This document shows positions 12,001-23,021 of a DNA stretch of 64,000 bases, one piece after another. This stretch comes from Selaginella moellendorffii (taxonomy: Eukaryota; Plantae; Lycopodiophyta). The position numbers and the translations under genes were made by a program. The notes under the pieces were generated by a model, which saw only the letters and a program-made list of their open reading frames with translations, was not told the origin of the DNA and made no database searches. Numbering within the stretch: the stretch's first letter is position 1; each line of letters starts with the position of its first letter. The stretch is from positions 1,686,362 to 1,750,361 of the forward strand of contig NW_003314278.1 in assembly GCF_000143415.4 (NCBI RefSeq). Reading direction: 5' to 3'.

Positions 12001-14546
12001 CACCAACAAGATATTGTTGACACCAAGGTCTCCACATAGGAAATGAAAGTTGCTAATTCGGAAAATGCTAATAATGCCAATACGTGTAACTAACTTCATC
12101 ACATGCCTAATAGTGAATATCACGACCACAACTATATCCTTGCCTTTGTCTTTGTACTTGAGTAGCAATAATATCAACCTCTATTAGAATAAAACCATCT
12201 CCCACAAGAAGTAAAGCTGAAGAATGTGCAACAAGTGGAAAAGGTGACGTTTTATAACGTTGTACTAAGCGAAGAGCATCATCAAGGTAAGTGCATGCAT
12301 AAGTTTTATAAAATTTTAATGAAATGTTGGCCACAACATTCTAAACTTAATCCGTTCTAACATATTTAGCTCTACATGAAGCAAGAGGCTTTAAAAATGA
12401 ATGCCAAATTGCATCATAGACTTAGATGGCCTTTGATGAAGACAATCCAATTGTTGGAAGGTATCATTATATAATTGTCAGCATGTTCAAATGCATGTTT
12501 GAAGACGTTCAGGAAAATACTCTAGTTCTCACAAGTGGATGTGCTCAAACCATTCTACCATTGTAGTGCCATCTCTTGGAGACATATGGGAAATTCACAC
12601 AAACATTAAGCATTATCCCAAAAGTGATATGTGGCAATCACCATGAAGTGATTAAACCAATTGTACATATCATCCCCAAGATTCCCATGGAAGAACTTTG
12701 ACCAAACTCGAGGATTGGCAATAAAAGTAAAAGGAGTTGTACCATGCGCTATGAATGCCACCATTAATTGAGTTTGATTATTCAATTGCAACTACATAAC
12801 GTTAAGCAATTACACCAACTATTGCTCCAAAGTCAAAGGAGAAAGAGGCATTTACTTTACTATGAAGATGAACGAAAAGAAAAAGCAAAAGAGAAGAAGT
12901 TGAGAAAAGGTATAGCAAAAAGGAGATCTAAACAATGCAAAAGTTAAATCTAAACTAAAATCTCAAATCTCAACATTCCTTAGGGACAGTCAAAGTTGCC
13001 CCTCACTTCCACCAATGTGAGTGCATGAAATATAAAAATGAAATATAAAATTGTGCATATTAATTAGCCCAAAAACTTTAATTTATATACAAGAGCAAGT
13101 GGTTTAGATTGAAACCAATCTGATAGCTACCAAAATCTCACTATGCTAATATTAGTATATGACATTTTAGCCATACAATTGGACCTCACAAGTTATTTCC
13201 TTTTATTACTTATAGTATATTGAAATCTTTATTTAGCTTGCTTTGCATACTAGTCTTAGCATTAGGATGCTAAATGCTCTAAGACTTTTATAATATTACT
13301 CTTTATTTATATTTCTTCACTCCTTCTATGCACTTAGGAACTCTTATTATTTTGTTCCTTAGTTATATGCTCAAGACTTTGATTCCATCCCTTAGTTTAA
13401 TAGCCCAAGACTCTAAAACTCAAATCTCATTCTAATGCCTTTGGCACACATATATAAGGGTTAGATTTCACTTTGTTGTTATTCTATAGTAAATCATTAT
13501 AGAGCAAAGGGTGAAAATTATATACACTACATTTCCTAATTTCTTAACTTTGCCACCATCTTAGATTTCAAGTGCTTTTTTCTCATATATAGATTATAGT
13601 ATTTTCTTTTCCTAATATGTTAATCAATTTTGACTTATGATTTTTTTTCTTAATTTAGTATTAAGTTGAGTATTTTCTGTCCTCCTCATATTAATCTAGA
13701 TGTTGAGTATATGGGTGAAGCTAAGATTCTTATTTTGTTTTGTTGGTGGATTCTTTTATTGTTTCTTATATTGAATATTCCTTTATTCTAATAGTTGAAT
13801 AACTTTTGCCAAAATTTAAATTGAGTGCATTCTCTTTAATAAAACTACTGCTAAATATATTTGCCTTACCATTGCTACTAAGAATTTTGTTCCATTCTTT
13901 TAATAGTATAGATTTTCTAATGATTTTCTTATCTCAATTGTTAAATTATATGTTAAAAAGGTTGAGTGGTATGCATATCTTGTTTACCTTGTGGTGGCTG
14001 ATATATTTTATAGCAAGATATCCTCTATTATCTAGCTTTTCTACTTGGATAGACTTTTATAATAAGATGAGCATATTTTTTATTTATTTATCCATTTCTA
14101 TTTTGATAATTACTAAAATTCCTCTTTCAATGCTTCTTTACTCACATTTTTCTTCTTCCATAATATTTATTTCTCAATTTTTCACACTTTTTCCTTTTTA
14201 TTTTAATATTGCAAGCTTTTTACTCTTTGGAAGAGTAAGGGACAAATGAGAGTTCAATCTTGACAATGGAGTGAAGATGAACTAATACAATAGTAGAATG
14301 AGGATGAACGATATGAATTGTAGAGTGAGGATGATTATATCAAGTTTTAATAGAACATTTACCCCTAACATAGTAGGCTGAACAAATATAATAGTAGAGT
14401 GAAGCTAAATAAAGATGGCAAAGTGAAAACAAGTGTAATAATGAAATATGTATATACATTCCCCATGTCTTATCAAAATTAATATAAAAACTAAGCATGC
14501 TACCAACTACCTAATGCTATTCTCCCACCATACATCTAAAACTAAT

Positions 14547-14748
14547 TGTAAGCAACCAAAGGGAACAACTCAATAAATGATTTGTAGGGGTTCAAATATA
14601 AAAAGAAAAAACCCATAAATAAAAGTATATCCCTTTTTCTAATCAGTTAAGGGTTTTAAGATATTTGGGGCTAACTGTCCTTGAGTTTAAATAATAAATA
14701 ATATTAAGTTGGGTGATTTCTTGGAAAGTCTAAACTTAAGAGCTCACA
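14547..14748 (+). mobile_element. Degenerate Cassandra-like solo LTR
   Basis: Starts TGTAAGCAACCAAAGGGAAC, identical to 7015; ends AGAGCTCACA. Confidence 0.7.
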
Positions 14749-14904
14749 TTTAATATTAACTCGATTCGAAGGTGTAAAAAAAGTGGGGCTAAGGAACTTT
14801 ATTGATTACCTTTAGCTAGGCTCGACCAAAAGGGTAAAATGTAAAGACTATACGTGGCAGTGTTGTTAAATTAATCATTTACACTACGTTTGCAATAGGA
14901 GATT

Positions 14905-15072
14905 TAGATGGATTTCATTATTCACTGTCCTACCAAAGCATGGGAACCACTTGGTGTGCCAATATTTTAATTGTGTGGGGTTGAATGAGAAGGCAAACCC
15001 CACACAATTAAAATATAGCAGACCATATGGCTCCCATGCTTTGGTAGGATAGAGAATAATGAAATCTATCTA
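14905..15072. repeat. Long fold-back inverted repeat (~77-bp arms; MITE or hairpin RNA)
   Basis: TAGATGGATTTCATTATTC..TCCTACCAAAGCATGGGA..ATATTTTAATTGTGTGGGGTT pairs with AACCCCACACAATTAAAATAT..TCCCATGCTTTGGTAGGA..GAATAATGAAATCTATCTA. Confidence 0.9.
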
Positions 15073-16506
15073 TAATGATAATGTAATAAACTTCAAAATG
15101 TTGTTCTTTATTTAATAAAATAATTTATATATGTAAAACTAGATAAGACATCTTTAGTGGCCTTCTTGCATTGTTCTTTGTAAACACCTCTATAGCAGTT
15201 TTAAATTCTAATTTTAACAAAATAAAATTTTTAATGAGTAATGATCAAATTTTATTGTTTAATGAATACTTAAACGTTGAAAAACACACACACACACACA
15301 ATTCCTTTAAAATGTGTCATAGTCATGATGAACATGCATCTAATGCCCCAGAGCTAGTTGATCTCTATGTTGCAATTTATGTTTGATCAAGCAAGTGGGG
15401 CTGGAGCAGTAACAAAAACTATGCACAGTCCATGACTTTGTCAATTTAGGCATCAACTTGCACTCTTGGCTTTATAAATTGAGTAGAACATTCCCGCTGT
15501 CACTGTCGGATTTATTAATGCCATTAAAAAGATGTTTACAGAGGACAATGCAAAAACTATATTACTTCAAAAATGTTTCAGGTGGCTAAGCTCGAGGCCA
15601 TGGATTATAGAAAAACCCTTGACAAAGTGGCATGGGACATAGTAAACTTTGGCCTTGTTGCAATCCTTCTCTTCCCAGGAGAATGCACATAGTAATTCCA
15701 AGTCAGCATGTGATGGGAAATTAGATCCAGTCAACTCTAGTGCCATAATCGCAGGTCATGGCATGCAAAAGTCTTTTCTAAACAGCCAAATCGCAAGGTT
15801 TTCTTTCATGGTGCCCTTTGTTTCTTTTAGATATTCAATCCTAATGTTTTATTTTGATCGAGAAAGGAAGTTGAGAAAGGCACCTTAAAATCAGATACAA
15901 GCTGCCTATGAAGGGCCTATGCAATTGACCATTTTGTTTTGGCGGCTTTGGTGCATATCCAAGGATCATAACGTTCCAAGACATTGCAGTCTTCTCTTTT
16001 ACCTCTCTTCTTCTATTTTCAGGCTTTGCTACCTTGGGCCACGCTGGAAGGTTTGAAGGAGCCATGGGCACCGCAAGAGAAACCAGCAAAGGAAACAATC
16101 TCTATGCATCCCCTCCAGGGATCCGAAAGGCACACTACGTGTAGAAACAAAGGGGGAGAAACAAACTAGCAGCAGAGGAAATCAATCATGATTTTTGTTT
16201 TTCTTTGTATTTTTGTCTTTATTTTGTACTCTTACAGATTCCACAACCAAAGAAATGCAAGGACTTTTTGGGGAGAATAATAACAAATCGGAGTTACGAA
16301 ACTATGAGATGATCTATGTGATGACAATTGAGTGTCAAATTCTGAGGAGCTGAGGAGCATCTTGCGAATTCTCTATAAGACTCATTTATAAGCTCGTATG
16401 AACTTTTAAAAATGCTATTATTAACATTACAATGCAGCAAATTATTTAATTCAATGAAAGCCTGATCTTTAACATTCTTAGTAGTTCTTAGTAAATAAGA
16501 ATGTTC

Positions 16507-18113
16507 TTAGGAATGTGTGAATATTTCTTTCAAGTCTTCTTCCACAAACCGGACAGTCTCAGCGCAAAACTCGCATTTCACTTCCACATAGCCTGCAAAC
16601 AACCGCTGGGGCTGAGATTTTTACACGTCAAAGTTACCGTTTTCACTGAGGAGTTCTCTCACATCGCTTGCTCCCAAAGAAGCCACTGCCCGTATCATCC
16701 GAGGCTTGAGGTCCTCGACGCCGCAAGGCCCGAATTCCGGAAAAACCTGATACACGAGAATCTTACTTTAATTTGATAAAGAAAGGTTACGTACCGGATC
16801 ACTGAAACTATCGGTGCCGATTCCTTCCAATAGGCGAGTTATCATCTCCCGAGCAGTCATATCCAAAGAAGGATCCGACAAAGAATGCATGCTTGCGACG
16901 TTCTTTTCGAGCCGCGTAAGAGTTTCTTCCGAGCAAAACGGCAGTGCCTGATCGTCAGGATCATTCGTGAGCCGTAGGAACAAGCAAAGACTAACCTGCA
17001 CGAGGTATCCCCGAGCAGCTTTCACCGTGCCTTGAGTACTAAACGCTACTCCAATTCCGAGGGCAGTGTTTATCTGGCGAAGTAGAAACATTAAATCGTT
17101 GCTTTATGCAGCGGCCAGCCATTACCTGTTCGCTCTCAGCAAGATATCGAGCTATGTCTTCTGCAACTTCACCGCTGTATATCGGCGTGCTACCACTGCA
17201 TAAACATTCTTTGATCGTCAAGTAACGCGTCCACTTTCGTACAAAACTTGAGTTTACGTGTATGGCTGCTTCCACCGAGGATGATTCCGCACGACATTTA
17301 GAGCACCAGCACCGACAGCAGTCCCTACATCAAGCTGATGTCCGAGAATAATCAATCCTATAATAACTTAGATCAAAGAAGTAACGTACTTTTCCTTGCG
17401 AGGTTAGAGGAAGGTCGCACAAAGGATTTGAAACAAAACCTTTGACAAGTTTCGACTGGGAGGCCACTGTTGTCATTTGTCCTAAAGGCCCTCTACCTAG
17501 AAAACTTATCTGTAAAAACACAGTAAGGAAGTCTTCCTGAAACTTTTCCACATGAAAATCACCTGGACAGTCTCAGCGTCATCCTTAAGTGAAGCTACTA
17601 AAAGTGTTCCCAGAAGCGCTCGACCAAGAGCTGCGGAGGCCTTAAGAAAGAATATAAAGTTCAAACGACATATCAGTTCCAAAGAAGAAACTTAAAGTGT
17701 CGAGAAAAAACAAACCGTCGGAGATGTTTGATGACGGCGCTGGGCCTCTTGGACCAAATGATTTCCAACAATACTAAGAACAGAGACCTGAGTGGAATAG
17801 AAAAACCAAAGAGAAAACAAGAACAAAGGAAAAATCAATCAATACAACAAGCTTTGATCTTGGGGGAGAGCATTACCAGCTTGCAACAGGGGTGTATCTC
17901 TTGTATACCTCAGCATTCTTGGAAACACATCGCAAAATCTGATCGTTTCCACTGGCCGAGCAGCGTAGCGCCATAGCTCCCCTTCTCTTCGAATTCCTGG
18001 CACTAAAATCCCACGCATTGTGCCCGATACAGCAGGCGCTAGCTGAAAGATCGCAATGGAAATGAGAAGAACGAACAAGCGGAGGGGCGCCGGCGCTTAC
18101 CTCGACAAGCCAT
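16507..18113 (-). CDS. Hsp33/HslO-family redox chaperone, probably plastid-targeted, multi-exon
   Basis: Exons ASAALGRALLGTLLVASLK; FLGRGPLGQ..VKGFVSNP; LDVGTAVGAG; SGEVAEDIARYLAESEQ; ALGIGV..GYLVQ; FGPCG; CEFCAETVRF; 5' exon structure less certain. Confidence 0.85.
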
Positions 18114-18192
18114 AGCCCCGAGATTTAGGGTTTATTTTTCCCGGGCATTTTTCGTTTTAGGGCTTATCTTATAATCCGCTGGCCAGTTCCTT

Positions 18193-18202
18193 GCCACGTG
18201 TC
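18193..18202. promoter_or_regulatory. G-box/ABRE (GCCACGTGTC) in the bidirectional promoter between Hsp33 and TROL; telo-box TTAGGGTTT at ~18125
   Basis: Motif match in the ~156-bp gap between divergent start codons. Confidence 0.45.
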
Positions 18203-18269
18203 AGAGCATCATCGCCAGGTGGCGCAGTGGAAGGCTATGGCGGAAGAATGGAGCCTGTGATCTACCACA

Positions 18270-20003
18270 ATGGAGATGGTACGTGATCTCACGGCTTCGC
18301 TCCTCCCTCCCTGGGCGTCCAAGCCCTCTCTTCCAGCAGCGGCGGAGCTCAGGCTGCCGCCATTGTCGATCCACAGGCGGATCGCTCAAGTGTCGCAGCA
18401 CGCCGCATTGGCGCTGATCGGCTCGGGAATTTCGACCGGGATCGCGTCCGCGCTGCCGGAATACGATGAAATTATCCAGCGCGCGGCTGGAGCGGCGACT
18501 CCAATCGACGCGGCATCGGCAATCAGCCCCGCGGATGGCATCGATTTCAGCGTCGCGGAGTCCGTGCTAGGTTTTGTATCGGATAATCCCGCGGCCGTGG
18601 CTGGAGGTCTTCTGGCAATCGCACTGCCGGTTCTCATTTCGAGATTGGCCGGAGGGAAGCAGCCATGGGGTGTCGTGTCCGCCAAAGAAGCGTATGAGAA
18701 GCTCGCAGTGAAGGATCCAGCGTTCCAGATTTTGGATATCCGAGAGCCCAGCGACATCAAGGCCGAGGGGACGCCGGATTTGAGGCAATTCAAGAAGAGA
18801 GTGCTCCAGGTTTCGTTCTCTCAGGAGCAGGATGCTTTCGTCGCGAAAGTGAAGAGCAAATTCAAGGATCCGGCAAGCACAACCTTGTACATTCTCGATC
18901 GGTACGTGATCCTCCTCGAGCTAGAAGCTTTTGTTCTTGGATGATCTAAACCACTGTGATCACAGCTTTGATGGGAACTCGTTAGCAGTCGCCAAGTTGC
19001 TAGCTACCAATGGCTTTAAGGAGGCTTATGGTATCAAAGATGGTGCCGAAGGTGGCCGAGGCTGGCAAGTAAGTTTCTTTCTCCCTGTGCTTTCTTTGGT
19101 CACACAAAATAAATCTGGAGGTTTGCAGCAAAGCGAATTGCCATGGTTGCTACCACGGAAGGGACTCTCGCTCAACCTGGATGCTCTGAAAGAAGCCATT
19201 CAGTTTGTAAGTTAAGGCACAGGGTTTTGTTTCTTCGCGTGTTTTCTCTTTGATGAATTCGGGCATTCAGGAAAGTGATCTTGTCCCAGCGACATTGGGA
19301 GTGGCTGCTGCTGCCGGGGTCGGCCTCGTTGTTTTCTCCGAGGTAAAACGAAAGAAAGAACGACGAAAAAAAGTTTGATCTTTTGATGAACTCTTCCTCT
19401 CCCAGGCAGAAACAGCTCTCCAGCTCGTCGGGACTGTCGCGCTCCTCCAGCTCTTTGCCAAAAAGTTCTTGTTCGCCGAGGTTGGACAAACTCACGCTCA
19501 CGCATTCGAGTCCAGCCTAACACACTCGTTTGCAGGACCGGAAGAAAACGCTGCAACAGATCAAGACGTTTCTCGACACCAAGGTCGCTCCGAAAGAGCT
19601 CGTTGAAGAGATCCAGGTAGAGTCACACAAAAACTCTAGTCCCTCTGCGATGCTAAACTCTTGAGATCAGGGCGTTGGCAAGGCCTTGCTTCCCAAGTTT
19701 GAGGAAGTATCGGCTGGGAATGGTGCCGTAGTTTCAAGCGATCCTGCTTCTGTTAATGAAGAGAAGGTGGTCGAAGCTTCACCTCCAGCTCCAGCTCCAA
19801 TCGTCGCTGCAAAAGAAGAAGAAACTCCAGCACCGAGCTCACAATCTTCGGAAGAGAAGAAGCCATCAAGACCGTCGTCGCCTTACATCCTGGTAAGCTC
19901 AAACTCTGGATTAAGATAGATGAAGCTAACTTTCCACAAATTGTCACAGTATCCAGATCTAAAGCCACCAAGCTCGCCAACGCCATCGAGGCCAGAAAAA
20001 TAG
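18270..20003 (+). CDS. TROL: Thylakoid rhodanese-like protein (TROL/STR4)
   Basis: Rhodanese domain [51 protein letters not shown]; C-terminal FNR-binding motif [18 protein letters not shown]. Confidence 0.9.
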
Positions 20004-20337
20004 CAAAAGAATCTCCAGTTTTGTTTGGACTCGAATAAAAACGCGAGGTGTCTCGTTGGATATTTACCGCGTGGATGGAGAGAGTAAAACTCGAATTGAC
20101 CGTTTTGTTTGATCCTCCAAAGTACCTGGGGAATATCCCCAACCACCGCAAATCTAAAAACCCTACCAGGAAGATCCACAGCGCGGGGGAGGGGGCGGCG
20201 AGGGCGCCAGTATAGATCCGCCCGGCTCGAGCGCCTAGCGATTTCCTGGGGTATGTAGGCTCGCAGGGATTTGGGAGTGGCCGGGGCGCGCGATGACCTT
20301 GGCGGAGTCATCGCGGCCGTCATGGCCGAATCACTCC

Positions 20338-22598
20338 ATGGATTTGGGGAAAGATATGGAGAGAATGGCGGTGGTGGATCAAAAGGCAGCTCAAGAGAGT
20401 CTTTACCAGTATTGCAAGCCGGTGGAGCTCTACAACATCATCCAGCGCCGAGCTATCGTCCAGGTAGCGTTCTTGAGCTTGTTTTCCTTCTCTTTTTTTT
20501 TTTGTTTTGGTTTCGTTCTTTCTTGGGGTCTAAAGAATTTTTTTTCTTTGTTGTAGCCTATCTTTCTCCAGCGCTCCCTGAGCTACAAGATTCAAGCGAG
20601 ACGCGAGAGACGGTAAAGTTCTACCTGCATTCTTTTCTTTTCCACCAATTGATGTTGTTCCTTGCTTAGAACGCAGCTGTAGGCCTCTTGGAAGGGTGAT
20701 ATTTCATTACCTATACTACTTCAACAGGCTTCGCAAAATTGAAGGTTTTGCGTGTTCTTGCGTTTAGCGAGATCTCCGCTTGACAGTGTTTTGTTGTGCT
20801 TCCAGCGACGGAGAATTTTTCGTGCCCTTTTTGCCTGGCTTGCTGCTGGACTTTCAAGGTAAATATCGAAACTTTTGCCTTTTAGTTTCAAGAGATTACG
20901 AAGTTTCTTGCGTTTCATTCATTCACAGGGTTTGCGTTGTCACTTGGACTCGTCGCATGATCGTTTCAATTTTGAATACTCGGTTTGCCGTCTTGCCGCC
21001 TTAAAACAGGGTTTCGTGACCGTTGTTTATGCTTTTGTCAGGCTACGGGGGATATCCAGGCCGTTATCGTTACTTGTAAGAGCGCTATCTACGGATTCGA
21101 GGTGATTTTTCCTTTCCAGCCGCATTTATAATTCTGTTACTAAGCATCCGCTTTGTTTTCCTTAAGAGTATTGACAGTGACATTGAAGTCTTGAGTGATC
21201 CTAGACTAAAGAGTTTTTACTATTGGTGAGTGTCAATTTCACGTTGCGGGAGGAGCTTAAAACTTTCTATTGATTTGCTGCTTGCAGCTCTCATGTTAGT
21301 TCCGTTAAAAGACAGAGGTTGAAGTCTTATCGGCTCACTCAAACAGAACTCCGGACCAATGGTCACCTGGAAAACGGCAAAACTATTCTGGTGCGTAAAG
21401 GCTACGAGCATTCTACTGGCAGTTTCAAGGATTCAACATGCACGACCGCTTTTGGAGCTGTGTTGCACTCGAACGGTCACGGGGGCAACCAGCTCTTCAA
21501 GCAAGTACCGATCTACTTGGCCGACGGTTCCTCTCAAAGGTTGGAGTCGCAGCTGAGAAAGAAGTCCGACGACACAGCACACAATGCAGAGGAAACTCGC
21601 TCGGTGGCGAGTACATCGGAGAAAGAGTTGGACGCGAGGCAGGAGTTTTTGAGAACTATCTCCTTGTCGGACAGGCGTTTTTCTCTTCCTCCGCCAAAGA
21701 AGCAGCGCGGGGAAAAGACTGGAGAAGTTTTCAAAGGTGTCCCTCCAGCTTCTGCAGCGAGCGGAAGTTTAATCCGCGCTGGTGCATCCCGCGATGGTTT
21801 GGCCTTGCTTCCTCCGAAGAAGCTCGTGAGATCCTCTGGCCCGAGGGTGGAGAAAAGCCGCAAGGTCACGAGTGAGCGCGCTGAAGCACGAAAGTAAGCG
21901 TTCTGTTCTGGCACAAACTTTGTGATCTCGTACTGACAATTCTTTCGAGTGTGCAGTCGAGCTTTACTTCTGAAGCGTCAGTTCTTTCATGCGCACACCG
22001 GTCAGGTAAGTCAGTAGTCTTTCCGGAGTTCGAGTCTAAATCATTCGTGTTTCAGCCCATGGCAAGCGAGCAGCTATTGTCTGACAAGGACAGCGAAGAC
22101 GAGCTCGACGATGCAATTGCGAGTCTGGAAGATTGTCGGGTATGAGAACTCTGTCAAACGGATTCCTAGCACATGTCTCTGAGAACGCAATTCCTTTCAG
22201 ATGCTGGACGACTTTGTCGACGTGACGAAGGATGAGAAGGATGTTATGCACCGCTGGAACGATTTTGTTCGTAGACAAAGGTGAGAGAGACACAACCTTT
22301 GTTTTTCTAGCTTGGATCAACACGCTGCTACAGAGTTATAGCCGATGGTCATTGTCCGTGGGCGTGTCAGGCTTTCGTAAAGCTCCATGCGGAAGAGTTT
22401 CGCAAATCTCCTTCTCTGCGCAGGTAAGCGACACCCCCTTTGTTTGGTTTGGTTTTGTTCTTTAGTTTCTAAGCTTCTTTTTTTTTAATCTGTGGAAGGT
22501 GCTTCATGTTCCTACTTGTCAAGTTCTGGAACAACCATTTGATCGATGGCCAGGTCATGAATGACTGCCTATCTACAATTGACGTGTTGGGGCATTAA
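20338..22598 (+). CDS. VEFS-box Polycomb PRC2 subunit (Su(z)12; EMF2/VRN2 family)
   Basis: N-terminal [26 protein letters not shown]; C2H2 finger [14 protein letters not shown]; VEFS box [41 protein letters not shown]. Confidence 0.9.
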
Positions 22599-22837
22599 AC
22601 TTCCCTGGCTCGCAAAAGGAAAGAAAGAAGAAGAGGGAGAAATTCATTTAATTACAAGCTTCCAAAATGTTACTGGCTTGGACGATTGTACGATGCTTGT
22701 ATCGTAGGGTCAAATTTCCTGGTTTTTCTCCAAGGCGGTCCCGGGCTTGGCGGGGCGCTCGCTCGCCGACAGACGCCCGCCGCGGCAGCGCAATCGATCA
22801 TCGATCGCGCCCCAAGTTTGTGGAAGGTCCCGGCCTT

Positions 22838-22962
22838 CGGCAGCAGCGATCTTTGTCGATCGATATTTCGGCGGCAGCGATCTTTGTCGATCGATATTTC
22901 GGCAGCAGCGATCTTTGTCGATCGATATTTCGGCAGCGATCTCGATCGGTGGATCGATATTT
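22838..22962. repeat. 31-bp minisatellite, 3 full copies plus 1 partial
   Basis: Unit CGGCAGCAGCGATCTTTGTCGATCGATATTT. Confidence 0.9.
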
Positions 22963-23021
22963 CATTCACAGCCCCGGCGGCATTGATATTTCGAAGGCTG
23001 GTGCGTGATTCACAAGGATTC

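Larger units (their letters stand above)
5289..13190 (-). mobile_element. Old Ty3/gypsy element with ~175-bp LTRs and nested insertions
   Basis: Right LTR 13017-13190 (TGTGAG...CTCACA) with adjacent PBS TGGTGGAAGTGAGG. Left LTR split into 5289-5391 and ~8854-8880, followed by a PPT. Remnants: integrase YHPQLNGLVE (9335-9544), RT YPLL..DILDHLGK (10965-11162), gag (12606-12791). Confidence 0.65.

Noticed and set aside
13806-14249. 147-aa hydrophobic ORF
   Set aside because: F/L/I-rich translation of AT-rich decayed TE DNA with no recognisable motif
15841-16098. PPR-like fragment SWNVMILGYA
   Set aside because: A single short motif with no further repeats; insufficient support
22838-22962. CRISPR-like array
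   Set aside because: Head-to-tail repeats with no spacers, in a eukaryotic context
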